From Thermoplasmatota archaeon (lineage in GTDB: Archaea > Thermoplasmatota > Poseidoniia > Poseidoniales > Poseidoniaceae), in assembly GCA_036160375.1 (NCBI GenBank), contig JAYYDY010000035.1:13033-77032 (forward strand): 64,000 nt of DNA. The letters are read 5' to 3'. Below, one piece after another: positions 8,976 to 18,728 of this stretch. The position numbers and the translations under genes are program-made. Below the pieces are notes generated by a model, which saw only the letters and a program-made list of their open reading frames with translations, did no database searches and was not told the origin of the DNA. Each line of letters opens with the position of its first letter. The first letter of the stretch is position 1.

Positions 8976-10340
8976 TCAAGGGAACGAGGGGGTTGGCCAG
9001 TCTTCGATAGCACCGTGCTCGTAGGGCGTCCGAATGAGCAGGGCTTCCATGCCCTCCATGGTGGTCACATCTTCCTCGATTTGCTGTCGATGCAGCCATT
9101 GCTTCAACCGCCCCAGGCGCATCCCTTCGCCAATGTTCGTGCGCGCCATCAGCCAGTGCCCGTCCACCAAACAGGGCACGGGTTCGCTCCTGGGTCCAAC
9201 GGAGCGCCAGCGCTTCTTCACCTCAGCAACGGCAGCGGTTTCCGATTGAAGGCCCGAATGGAGACGGACATCGTGGTCTGCCAGACACTCCAGGGTCAGC
9301 AGGTGTGCTTCTGCCTGGGTCGTGAGGGCATGGCTGAACACGCGTAGCGTCGCCGTATCGTTCGTGGGCAGGTGGCCTAGGACTTCATGGAAGGCGGCCG
9401 TGGAACGCTGAAGTTCGTTGGAGGCCCGCAGGCTTTTGAGCTGATGAACCGCTTCTTTCGTGGGGTGTTCGACCATCATCAAGGCGAGGCGCTGGTGAAG
9501 ATGAAGCCGTTGAAGTCGGTCATCGTCCAACACATTGAGAAGAGCGGTGTTCATGACGATGAGGTGTTCAAAGACATGACGCAGGACACCGCCGTCCTGC
9601 ATGGCTTGGAGGACAGCCCCTGGCTTTGGTCCAACGAGGATCTTCTTGACTTCCATCCACCGTCGTTCAATCGCCACCATGCTCAGGCGGGTGCCGTGGC
9701 GAGCGATGGCCTGCTCAAGCTCAGCGTCCATGGCCCAGAGGGGGCCGCTGTCCCGTCGGGTAAACCGGTAGGCTCGGAGGATTCGGAGCGCATCTTCTTC
9801 GCAGCGCTGGCTGGCATCGCCGACCGCTCGAACCAGGCGCTGTTGGAGGTCAACCATTCCATTGTACGGGTCATACAGCCGGCGTCGTGCGACATCGACG
9901 GCCATGCTGTTGAACGTGAAGTCCCTGCGACTCAGATCCTCCTTCAACGAACGACCCCAATTGACGACGTCAGGACGCCGTCCGTCCCGGTAGAGTGATT
10001 CGGTGCGCAGGGTCGTCACTTCGTAATGTCGACCTTGCCCCTTCACCGTGATGGTGCCAAAATCAATGCCCGTGGGGATGGCTTGCTCGCCGAAGAGTTC
10101 CATCATGCGATGAGGTGTGCAGGTGGTGCACACGTCAATGTCCGGGGCAGCCTCGCCAAGCCATGCATCGCGCACACAACCGCCGACCAGCCATGCGCCT
10201 TCACCTGCTTCGGCAAGGGTTTGCAGCAGGCTCAGTAAATCATCAGGCAAGCTCGCCAACCATCGGGCAATGGGTGGTGGGCAAGGCGCACCTTCCATGT
10301 CGGCCTTGAGACCTTCAAGAAGAGCGTCGGTGGTTCCCAT
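8976..10340 (-). CDS. cca: Class II (bacterial/eukaryotic-type) tRNA nucleotidyltransferase, CCA-adding enzyme
   Basis: VGGCVRD..DID, TTLRTE..Y.DGRRP, EDLSRRDFTFN, DPYNG, EDALRILRAYRF. Confidence 0.88.
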   Translation of the reverse strand: MGTTDALLEGLKADMEGAPCPPPIARWLASLPDDLLSLLQTLAEAGEGAWLVGGCVRDAWLGEAAPDIDVCTTCTPHRMMELFGEQAIPTGIDFGTITVKGQGRHYEVTTLRTESLYRDGRRPDVVNWGRSLKEDLSRRDFTFNSMAVDVARRRLYDPYNGMVDLQQRLVRAVGDASQRCEEDALRILRAYRFTRRDSGPLWAMDAELEQAIARHGTRLSMVAIERRWMEVKKILVGPKPGAVLQAMQDGGVLRHVFEHLIVMNTALLNVLDDDRLQRLHLHQRLALMMVEHPTKEAVHQLKSLRASNELQRSTAAFHEVLGHLPTNDTATLRVFSHALTTQAEAHLLTLECLADHDVRLHSGLQSETAAVAEVKKRWRSVGPRSEPVPCLVDGHWLMARTNIGEGMRLGRLKQWLHRQQIEEDVTTMEGMEALLIRTPYEHGAIEDWPTPSFP

Positions 10341-10412
10341 GCGTTCACCCTTGGTGCCTGTGGCGTGCGGGGCATGAAAAAGCATTATGTGAATCGGCAG
10401 CGAGACACCGGC

Positions 10413-10856
10413 ATGTCGTGGGGAGAAGACGATGTTCAACTGGTCCCCGTCGCGTGGCTCAAGGTCCACGAGGAAATCAAGCCAAAGAACCGAGATAAAC
10501 TGCTCGAGATGACCAAAAAGTGGGGTGGCTACACCAAACCACTCATCGTCGACAAGCGCACTGGAGCCATTTTGGATGGTCATCATCGGCATTCCATCGC
10601 CGTGCTGTTGGAGTTGAAGCGGGTGCCTGCTGTGTGCGTGGACTACCTTGAAGACGATTCGATTGAACTCGGCGTCTGGCCAGCCTGTGGGCTGGATTCA
10701 CTGACAAAGGAAGAAGTGATTGCCATGTCGCTCTCCGATGAGGTGTTTCCCCCAAAGACAAGCCGTCATACGCTCCCCGATGAGACGCCGCCAATCTTTG
10801 TGCCCCTCGATACGTTGGCCGTACTTCCACCGCTTACGGGGCCTGACGCGTCTTGA
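10413..10856 (+). CDS. ParB/sulfiredoxin-fold protein resembling SerK/SbnI serine kinases
   Basis: LKVHE, KPLIVD, ILDGHHR, VDY, KEEV..EVFPPKTSRH. Confidence 0.75.
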   Translation: MSWGEDDVQLVPVAWLKVHEEIKPKNRDKLLEMTKKWGGYTKPLIVDKRTGAILDGHHRHSIAVLLELKRVPAVCVDYLEDDSIELGVWPACGLDSLTKEEVIAMSLSDEVFPPKTSRHTLPDETPPIFVPLDTLAVLPPLTGPDAS

Positions 10857-12645
10857 TCCAGTCCCGCCAGCGTTCGTTCCCCTTTCCTTTAAGGGAAACA
10901 CCGTGCTGTGGTGAGGCCGGCAGAGTCAGGTTTACTGTGCTCAAAATGCCTTCGTGGACCACATCAATGGTGAGTTCATCGGCGGTTCGGCCGGCGATCA
11001 ATTTCTTGAGGTGAGCGACGGACTTGATGCGAACGCCGTCAATCGCGAGCAGTTCGTCCCCGACTTGCGTTAGTTCTCGAAGGGGCGAGCCACCGTGGTA
11101 AGTGGTGATCACGACCCGGCCGGCAGCCTCTTTGAGTCCGACACCCAGCCATCCTTTTCCTTCCTTGTCGGAGGCGTGCGGCACCAATTTCAATCTGAAT
11201 GCCGACAGGGCGCGCTGAAGGTTGGGGTGGTTGCGGTGCTTGACCAGACGGTCGAGGTACGGGCCCATGGCCTCGCCGCCCGGGCAGGTTTTGAGCGTCG
11301 TTCGAATGTCCTTGTACTCAACGCCCAGTTCCTGAGATTCAGCCGAATCAATGGCGTACAGACGAACAAGTTCTGCCATGAGGTCGCAAGCACCGAACGT
11401 GTGGTTGTTTCGCCGTCGCAACTCAACGTCCAAGCAGAGCAGCGCCAGTTCACCCTCAAGGTAGTAAGAAATTTGATTCTCTCTCGTGTAGGGGCCGCTT
11501 CTATAGAGGTGTATCCACGCATCATGGCTTGACTCAGCAAGGGATTCTCGAAGCATGCCATTGTTGGCGGTGTGCCGCTTCATTTTCCGCTCAAAGTCCA
11601 ATCGCCAGTCCTCCTCACTCCACGCCCCCGAGCGAACACACATCATGTCACCCAGCCAGGACGTGGCGCCCTCAAACCACCACAGGAGATCGGTGTGGGT
11701 CTCCGATTGCAAGTCGTAGTCGAGGAAGGATTTGGGTCGAAGGCGTTTGACGTTCCACTGATGGAGGTACTCATGGGAAAATAAACTCACGAGGTCCCTG
11801 TACTCGTCAGCGTGGTCCGGGAATAAACATGAACGGGGCATCATCGAGGTCTGAGAATTCATGTGCTCCAGTCCGCCCCTGCCGGTGTCAGTGAGGTGGA
11901 GCACCGTGGTGTAATCTGGCCAGTCAGGCACGCCGAACAGGGCGTAATGTTCCTTCGCAATACGTTCCATGTCGTCGATGAAGGCTTGGAGGCGGGTGCT
12001 GTCGGGCTGATGGCCACCGCTGTCCCACCATTTCAGATGATGGGGGCGTCCGGAAATGTTGTGCGTGATGGTGGGATTCGGGTTGACCTCAATGATGCTG
12101 TCCAGCACAAGGTCCCTGCCGTCGGTGGAGAAGTGCCATTGCTTGCTGGCATCGCTCAGGTCTTCGCTTGAATCGAGATGGAGCTGCGTCGCCGGAGTCC
12201 ACGTTGATGGTGCCGTGATGTCCACGCCGTGCTTCAATTCCAAACGCGTGCTGTCGATGCCGCGTTCGGGCCAAAACCATGTGAAGGGTGGCATGAGGTG
12301 CAGATGGGTCGTGTCGAGGTGATTGGACCGAACGCTCAGTTCCTTGGCAAGCAGCGTGTAGTCGAGGCGGACCGTCTTGGAACTCTTTCGGAGGCGAACC
12401 GAGATGCCATCCACGCCCACGCGCTTCCACGTCAATTCCGTGCCGGCGTCATCGGTGGCAGAAAAATCAAACATGTGTTGAATCGGTTCTCGGAGAAAGT
12501 ACGAACCAGGCACCCAACGAGGGAATCTCAAGACCAGTTGCAGTGATGTGAAGGGCCCTTCGATGGTCAGCCCTGCACCAAGATGGTGTTGACGGCCGTT
12601 GGTCGCATCGGCGTGAAAACGAATACCGGAGGGTGGCAGGCTCAT
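10834..12645 (-). CDS. M61 family glycyl aminopeptidase with C-terminal PDZ domain
   Basis: PRWVPGSY, GGLEH, HEYLHQWNVKRLRP, LWWFEGATS, ISYY, GDELLAIDG. Confidence 0.93.
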   Translation of the reverse strand: MSLPPSGIRFHADATNGRQHHLGAGLTIEGPFTSLQLVLRFPRWVPGSYFLREPIQHMFDFSATDDAGTELTWKRVGVDGISVRLRKSSKTVRLDYTLLAKELSVRSNHLDTTHLHLMPPFTWFWPERGIDSTRLELKHGVDITAPSTWTPATQLHLDSSEDLSDASKQWHFSTDGRDLVLDSIIEVNPNPTITHNISGRPHHLKWWDSGGHQPDSTRLQAFIDDMERIAKEHYALFGVPDWPDYTTVLHLTDTGRGGLEHMNSQTSMMPRSCLFPDHADEYRDLVSLFSHEYLHQWNVKRLRPKSFLDYDLQSETHTDLLWWFEGATSWLGDMMCVRSGAWSEEDWRLDFERKMKRHTANNGMLRESLAESSHDAWIHLYRSGPYTRENQISYYLEGELALLCLDVELRRRNNHTFGACDLMAELVRLYAIDSAESQELGVEYKDIRTTLKTCPGGEAMGPYLDRLVKHRNHPNLQRALSAFRLKLVPHASDKEGKGWLGVGLKEAAGRVVITTYHGGSPLRELTQVGDELLAIDGVRIKSVAHLKKLIAGRTADELTIDVVHEGILSTVNLTLPASPQHGVSLKGKGNERWRDWIKTRQAP

Positions 12646-13634
12646 GCCCCAAGTTCAGTTGCGGCGGTTGATAGGTTCTCGCACGCCACCTTGAGGAGTT
12701 CATCTTCGGTGGTTTCAGCGAGTTCGTTGACCCGTTCAAGAACACTCGGTTCGTTGGCTCGACCGATGAGCCGTTCAAGGAGTTTGCACCGCTCAATAAC
12801 ATGGAGCCGTTCGTCGTTGATGAGTTGCCATCGAAGGTCGTCCTCCGATGCATTTTGTCGAATCACCCAACGTGCCACAGGTTCGAGCAAACCGCCGTCG
12901 AGAAGATGTTGAATCAACGGTTCGGAACGATCCGAGACGGTTGCACGAAGGTGGTCGCCAAGGGCCTTCATGTCCTTTGGTTTGATGTGTTGGGTGAGTT
13001 GTTTGAGCTGCGACGGCTCGTGCTCAGCCGCCCATACAAGGATGTCCACGGTGTGGTGGCCGGCTTCCACAAACGGAACCAAGTCGTCCATCCTCACGTC
13101 CACGCTTCGTTTGAAGGCGGTCTTCAAGGCCGCTCCTCGCACGCCCTCGTGCGGGTCGGTCAACCCGCCCCGCAAGGTCGCTACGGGCAGCGCTGGGTGC
13201 CCCATGCCAGTGGCCCGGATTGAATCGCTCTTGTGCTGTGCTAGGCGCTCTGCAACATCGCAGTCATCCACGAGAAGCAAGGCCCGGGCCGCTTTCCGCT
13301 GCACGACGTTGTCTTCATCGTCCAAGGCAACCAACGCCAGCGAAACGCCTTGTTGTCCAAGCGGAGCGAGAAGGTTAGCGCCAGCCCTGCGAACATCCAA
13401 ATTGCGGTGATTGAGAAGGGTCTCGATCGCTTCACTGCCGGACAGCAACCCCCACATTCGGTAGGCGTCCAGTGCTTTTGATACGAACCAGGTGTCGTCG
13501 TCATCAAGCAGTGGCTTGAACGCTTGCAGCACGGAAGGGTCGTCATGCTCAAACAACGTCCGAACCGCCCGACGCCGGGTGCGAATGTCTCGGTGCTTCA
13601 ACCGAGCCATGGCTTTCCCGATATCGTTCGCCAT
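12642..13634 (-). CDS. HEAT-repeat (PBS lyase-like) protein
   Basis: Repeated L.D.D..VR..AA..L units; ATGA overlap with the M61 gene. Confidence 0.8.
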   Translation of the reverse strand: MANDIGKAMARLKHRDIRTRRRAVRTLFEHDDPSVLQAFKPLLDDDDTWFVSKALDAYRMWGLLSGSEAIETLLNHRNLDVRRAGANLLAPLGQQGVSLALVALDDEDNVVQRKAARALLLVDDCDVAERLAQHKSDSIRATGMGHPALPVATLRGGLTDPHEGVRGAALKTAFKRSVDVRMDDLVPFVEAGHHTVDILVWAAEHEPSQLKQLTQHIKPKDMKALGDHLRATVSDRSEPLIQHLLDGGLLEPVARWVIRQNASEDDLRWQLINDERLHVIERCKLLERLIGRANEPSVLERVNELAETTEDELLKVACENLSTAATELGA

Positions 13635-13677
13635 GCTTGCGGGAGATGCCGCTCCCTCATAGCCTGTTGCGTTGTCC

Positions 13678-14310
13678 TCAGCGCATTTCGAGCCAGGCAA
13701 AGAACAGGATAATGGGGAGGAGATAGAACAAGCGACGATGCATGCGATGCGTGGCTTCCATGTGTTCGATCACCGACGGTGGGAGCACTTCCACGGACGA
13801 GGAGGTTCGTCGTCGTCGGTTCAGCATGACGTGTTCTTCGATGTATGCCAGCACCGTGCCGCGCAGCTCGGGGTCTCTGCTTCGGGCCTCACCTCGTCCG
13901 ACGATGTAGCGAATGGGATGTTCCTCAGCCAATTCAAGGGTTGAAGCCACGATGGTTAGGGGTTGAGTTGAGTTGTGGAGGTCGATGCGGACCGTTCGCC
14001 CATCGCTCCGAACATGGCTGAGCACGCGCCACTTCCCTCGGCCTTCGTTGAAGGGTTGGAGCCGAGTTCGTACCTCATCGATGGGGTCCACATTGGAGAC
14101 ATTGGGTGCCCTTCTGAAGCCCAAGAACGGCCCCAAAAGAAGTGCACAAGCCACCGGCGTGATGCACATGAGTTGAACGAGCCTCACCAAGGCATCGGGG
14201 TCGGTCAACGCCGAGACAACGGCGAGCGAGAAACCAAGGAACAGGCCGATGAAGCCACCCGCTTGGACACCGGTGACCAGGCCAATGCGGGGGCGCTCGG
14301 TCTCGGCCAT
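13678..14310 (-). CDS. Membrane protein with an Smr-like domain
   Basis: Two N-terminal hydrophobic helices, RIDLHN..YIVGRG, C-terminal hydrophobic helix. Confidence 0.6.
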   Translation of the reverse strand: MAETERPRIGLVTGVQAGGFIGLFLGFSLAVVSALTDPDALVRLVQLMCITPVACALLLGPFLGFRRAPNVSNVDPIDEVRTRLQPFNEGRGKWRVLSHVRSDGRTVRIDLHNSTQPLTIVASTLELAEEHPIRYIVGRGEARSRDPELRGTVLAYIEEHVMLNRRRRTSSSVEVLPPSVIEHMEATHRMHRRLFYLLPIILFFAWLEMR

Positions 14311-14390
14311 GATGATGGATGAGGCGTAGAGCCATTGAAGGCTTGGTTGATGAAGAAACAATGAAGTGATTCTGCCGGGCTTAGGACTGC

Positions 14391-15152
14391 ATGGAGCGCA
14401 ACGGTTTGCCCGACCGGATGAGGGAAGCCAAGATAGGACGGTGGGTCTTGGGTGTTTGTGGGTTCCTCCTCGTGTCGTTTTTCCTCGCTCCCATGACCCT
14501 TGAGGAGGGTTCGGTTGGGCCGCTCCAGGGGCGCGCCAACGCCATCGATTACTACAGCGAGGACGGCTTCGGATCGCATGGCAACCAAGCCGCCGACATG
14601 GGGGCTGGCGACGGCCAATGCTGCCCCGCCTTTGCATGGTCAGAGGTCAACTTCTACGCCGCCATCATCTACGGTTTTGGCGATGTCAATTGCCATCAAA
14701 AATCAGAGCGTTCGTGGGAAGTAAATAACAACCAACTTCCTGTCTGCACCCGTGATGTTGGCATTTTTGCCGGCCTTTTTATTGGCGGCGTTGTGTTTTC
14801 TCGCCGCGGTTGGAATCGGTGGACGGTTCGTGATACCTGCCTCTCTCTGCTGCCTGAATCCATGCTTCACGGCGTGTATGCAAAAAATCAGCGCACGATG
14901 TTGTGGTTGGCATGCGGCATGTTGCTTTGTGTTCCGCTGATCGCTGACGGTTTCCTTCAACTCCTCACATCGTACGAATCAACCAACTTCAAGCGGGTGT
15001 TGACCGGCGTTCCCTTCGGCTTCGGACTTGGAATCTTGTTGTGCTCAATGTTTGCCGCTCGGGCCGAGGCGTTCTTCGGTGCGGGGCAGGTGCTTTTGCC
15101 AGGCGAGGCGCGATTCACCCTTGCAAGCAACGGGCGTCAGGAATCCGAGTGA
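14391..15152 (+). CDS. DUF2085 family membrane protein
   Basis: CHQKSERS, PVCTRDVGI, PLIADG, RVLTG. Confidence 0.85.
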   Translation: MERNGLPDRMREAKIGRWVLGVCGFLLVSFFLAPMTLEEGSVGPLQGRANAIDYYSEDGFGSHGNQAADMGAGDGQCCPAFAWSEVNFYAAIIYGFGDVNCHQKSERSWEVNNNQLPVCTRDVGIFAGLFIGGVVFSRRGWNRWTVRDTCLSLLPESMLHGVYAKNQRTMLWLACGMLLCVPLIADGFLQLLTSYESTNFKRVLTGVPFGFGLGILLCSMFAARAEAFFGAGQVLLPGEARFTLASNGRQESE

Positions 15153-16504
15153 TTCGGCGGTTGCATCGACCACCAGACGGTCAATTCAGCGGCGTCGGTC
15201 GGCAGCGGGCAGCCTTCGTGGCCGCTGGTCAGGATTTTGAGGCGTTCATGCACGTCCCGAACGGCCTTTTGCAAACCGGTCGACAGGGATTTGCCATCCT
15301 CCACTGCAAACACGTCATGCAGGGCTTGGCTCCACTCGGCTTCGGGGTTGGCTCGTCGCCAGGAGGCGAGTTGTGTCCTCAACGGCCACATGGCCAAGGT
15401 CAGTCGGGCGAAGCCAAGTCGTTCTTCTCGAAGTTTGAAGAGTTGAGCGTCGCTGAACGGGGTGTGGTTCTGTTGTTTGTGAACCCAATGCTCGGTCAAC
15501 AGCCACTTGACCAGGCGCTGTGTGTGGCGCTGCGTCACCATGCGTACGGGGCCAAGCGCAGCGTGGAGGCGAGGGACTTCGCTTGAACCCACCATCAGTG
15601 AGAGCGTGCCCAAGATGGACCAGCAGGAGTGGGCGAGGGGTGAAGCTGGTACGTCGTGCTCCTGTGCCGAAACCGTCGGCCAATTGTCTTCGGCCTCGTT
15701 CATCCAATACGCCGGTGATTTTCCACCCAACCAGCCCACGTGAATCGCCGTTCGTTCTTGCGGTGCTCCGGGCAATCTTCGTTGCTTCTTGACGTCATGG
15801 ACCAAGGCGTTGAGCAGGGTGCGGTCAACAGCGTCGCGGTCCACGTTCAGTGGGAGTGGTTTTTTGTTGAAGAATCGACGAAGTTCACGCCTGAGTTTTG
15901 TTTTCAGCTCGTCCAGCCCACCTTCGTTCATGATGGGGCCTACCACACAACACTGGTTGAAGGGTGGAGGGACTTCGCCGAGTTCACCGAACAATGCATG
16001 AAAGCCTTGGCGAATGGTGGTCTGGATTTCTTGAGTTTCGAAATATTCCTGCTTTTGACTGGTCATGCGGAGCGTTCCCGATTTGATTCGTTTCATGGCC
16101 TTCTCAGGGTCGCAGTCAATCCAAAACACAAGGTCGGGGATCATGGCGGCAGCGTTCATGCCAGCGACTTTTTCGAGCCCGAGGTCGCCAACCACGCCCT
16201 GGTAGATGAGGGACGAGTGAATGTTCCGGTCGGAGATGACCACGCAACCCTTGGCCAGGTGCGGGCGGATGAAGGTGTGAGAGTGGTCGAGACGGTCAGC
16301 GGCGAACAGACCTGCTTCCTCAAGCGGTGTCTTGTTCCCAAGTTTCACGGACTGGAGGGCCAACTTCCCCAACTCACTGTGCCGACGAGGTTCGTGGGTC
16401 ATCACCACATCTGGGAACGGGAACTCGCTGAGGAGTTCGCCGAGAATACGAGCGGCCTCGCCCTTGCCGGACCCGTCGCCACCCTCGACTGAGATCAAGT
16501 ACAT
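15137..16504 (-). CDS. tmk: Thymidylate kinase with a long C-terminal extension
   Basis: EGGDGSGK, HEP, LFAADR, ISDR, SSLIYQ, PDL; about 230 extra C-terminal residues. Confidence 0.88.
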   Translation of the reverse strand: MYLISVEGGDGSGKGEAARILGELLSEFPFPDVVMTHEPRRHSELGKLALQSVKLGNKTPLEEAGLFAADRLDHSHTFIRPHLAKGCVVISDRNIHSSLIYQGVVGDLGLEKVAGMNAAAMIPDLVFWIDCDPEKAMKRIKSGTLRMTSQKQEYFETQEIQTTIRQGFHALFGELGEVPPPFNQCCVVGPIMNEGGLDELKTKLRRELRRFFNKKPLPLNVDRDAVDRTLLNALVHDVKKQRRLPGAPQERTAIHVGWLGGKSPAYWMNEAEDNWPTVSAQEHDVPASPLAHSCWSILGTLSLMVGSSEVPRLHAALGPVRMVTQRHTQRLVKWLLTEHWVHKQQNHTPFSDAQLFKLREERLGFARLTLAMWPLRTQLASWRRANPEAEWSQALHDVFAVEDGKSLSTGLQKAVRDVHERLKILTSGHEGCPLPTDAAELTVWWSMQPPNHSDS

Positions 16505-16506
16505 GC

Positions 16507-17370
16507 TCAATCCTCACGCTGGTCTTCAAAGTCCATTTTTGCAAACAGGTTCACGATCATTCCAAACAGGATCAGCGTCGGTCCAACGATGATCAGGCCA
16601 CGACTGAACAGGGCGCCTGCGGCCAAGTATTGGCTTCGTCGGTAGTGCTTGCCACGACGAATTTCGACCGCAGATTGGATGCCAAGCAACGCCGTGCCGA
16701 TGGTGAGCACGCCGATGGCGGTTGAGAGTCCGACGGCGTTATCGAGGGTCCAGCCCGAAATGGACTGCTGGTCGTTCTCTTCCCTGACGGGGGTGGCGTT
16801 CCCTGGTTTCATCGTAACTGGGTCCAAGCCGACGTTGTCGGGGACGAAGGTCCGTTCCACCGTGACGTAGCCTTCCTTTGAGAAGACGATGATGTGGACC
16901 TCTTGTGCGACGTTTTTCATGGAAAAGTAGCCAAAAGCATCGGTCACGGTGGATTGCAATTCTGCCCGAGATTCGGCTTCAAGCAGCACCACGGAGACGT
17001 TCTCAACGCCGTTTCCGTCCACGTCCTCGAGGGCCGTGCCGGAGATGTCAACGGATTCTTGTTCTGCGAAGAGGGACGTGTTGAGCAGTTCGGTGGGGTT
17101 CCCTTGAAGGATGAGCGCACCGCTAACCATCCCGAGGATGCTGCCGACAAGGATGAGCACAGCCGCCAAGTTTCTCCATCGGTCCGCATCGAGGTCCATG
17201 AGTTCGTACCACTCATCGTCTTCCTGCTGACGGGTTGATTCAGCCGAGGGGAGTTCTTGGGTGCTGACCACCAATTCTTCTTCGATGATGCCGCCGCTGA
17301 GCGCCGCCTCCTTCTTGGCTTTGACACGGGCACGAAGGGCTTCCATCCTTGCTTCGCGCTCGTCGGACAT
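16507..17370 (-). CDS. Membrane protein with a carboxypeptidase-regulatory-like (transthyretin-like) domain
   Basis: TM helix; ISGT..D.DGNGVENVSV..TDAFGYF..FSKEGY; further TM helices. Confidence 0.7.
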   Translation of the reverse strand: MSDEREARMEALRARVKAKKEAALSGGIIEEELVVSTQELPSAESTRQQEDDEWYELMDLDADRWRNLAAVLILVGSILGMVSGALILQGNPTELLNTSLFAEQESVDISGTALEDVDGNGVENVSVVLLEAESRAELQSTVTDAFGYFSMKNVAQEVHIIVFSKEGYVTVERTFVPDNVGLDPVTMKPGNATPVREENDQQSISGWTLDNAVGLSTAIGVLTIGTALLGIQSAVEIRRGKHYRRSQYLAAGALFSRGLIIVGPTLILFGMIVNLFAKMDFEDQRED

Positions 17371-17438
17371 GCTACCCCTCCCGTTGCGCGGAGTGCGTGC
17401 GCGGATAATACCTCTTTGCTGGATGACCGCGTGTTAAA

Positions 17439-18626
17439 TTAGCGTTTTCCTCTGGCTTCAATCACCACGAGCAAGCCAAGAATGCTGACCAGTCCAACTG
17501 AGGCCATGACTACGAGGCCGGTGTTTTGATGGGGGTGGGCTTCGGATTCGCCTTCTTCGGGCTCTTCAACCGAGGGCGTGTCCTCTTCGCCCGTGGGGTC
17601 TGTTGAAGGGTTGATGTTGACGAAGGCATCGGTGCGCAATCCCAGTTCGACAAGCCGGCCCACCTTGGCCAGCGATTCAGCGCTGACCTTGTCGGGGGTG
17701 TCCTCCATCGTGTGCCAGTACGAACCGAACGTGTAGGGCTTGGGCACGCCGAAGGAGGTGTCCATGAGGTCGATGGCAGGGATGCCGAGGTTGTGCGCAT
17801 GGACGTGATCGTCCAGCACGTACACGGTGGTCTCGTAGTGGAGAACATCCAAGCCGGGCTCGCCGTTGCAAGAGGTGGTGCCGTTCACCAACCCCAACGA
17901 GGTGCCGAGTTCGACCACCCTCGATTTGAGTGTGGCGTTGCCGGGCGCGATGTCGTGGAGTTGCAAGTCAGCGTCTCCTACCATGTCCAGCAACACAAAG
18001 GCATGGGTGGCATTGATGTCGTCCTGCGTGAGGTTTTCCGCCCAGGCTTCTGCGCCCAGCGTGTACTTGGGCTGCTGGTCCTCAGCGTCGTTGAAGAACA
18101 ACACCACGTCGTACTCCAAGTTCATGTGCGGAATGTGGCGAGCAAGCTCCAAAAGCACGGCCACTCCACTCGCTGCATCGTTGGCGCCTGGAACCGGGAG
18201 GGATTGGTTGCTTTCATTTTCGTCCTGGTCGGCCACATTGCGAGAATCATAGTGAGCTGAGAGCACGAGTTGGCCGTTGCTGGTTGAGTTCGAGGGCCAA
18301 CGTGCAAAGAGGTTCGTGAGTTCCATGCCGTAGCGTTCGTGCGTCTGGTTGCTCACTTCGTAGCCAAGCGACTCGAGGTCGGCCGTGATGCTGGCCCGGA
18401 ATTCGGCTGAGGCGTTTGAACCGGGGATGCGGGGCCCCAATCCGACCTGCCAGGCAATCGATGCGTTGGCATGGGTTCCGTTAAACTGCAACTCGTCGAT
18501 GGTGGAGCACAGCATGGAAGGTTCAAGCTCCTCAAACGAGGCGTGCGAAACCGGAGCGGTTGAGGCCAGCACCATGCTGGCGAGAACAGCCAACATGAGG
18601 CCACGCGTTGCGGTTGAAGCACGCAT
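17439..18626 (-). CDS. Membrane-anchored M28 family peptidase / glutaminyl-cyclase-like protein
   Basis: Signal peptide; GPRIPGS, SAHYDSR, GANDAASG, DAED, LLDMVG, DDH, YWHT; C-terminal TM helix. Confidence 0.9.
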   Translation of the reverse strand: MRASTATRGLMLAVLASMVLASTAPVSHASFEELEPSMLCSTIDELQFNGTHANASIAWQVGLGPRIPGSNASAEFRASITADLESLGYEVSNQTHERYGMELTNLFARWPSNSTSNGQLVLSAHYDSRNVADQDENESNQSLPVPGANDAASGVAVLLELARHIPHMNLEYDVVLFFNDAEDQQPKYTLGAEAWAENLTQDDINATHAFVLLDMVGDADLQLHDIAPGNATLKSRVVELGTSLGLVNGTTSCNGEPGLDVLHYETTVYVLDDHVHAHNLGIPAIDLMDTSFGVPKPYTFGSYWHTMEDTPDKVSAESLAKVGRLVELGLRTDAFVNINPSTDPTGEEDTPSVEEPEEGESEAHPHQNTGLVVMASVGLVSILGLLVVIEARGKR

Positions 18627-18728
18627 GTTTGCATGATGCATGATGACGCCTCGACCACGGACTCTTAAATACCTCCTTTCTTCTCGCAAAATAGGGAATC
18701 CGTAACACGATTCTCGTTGGTGATTGAC

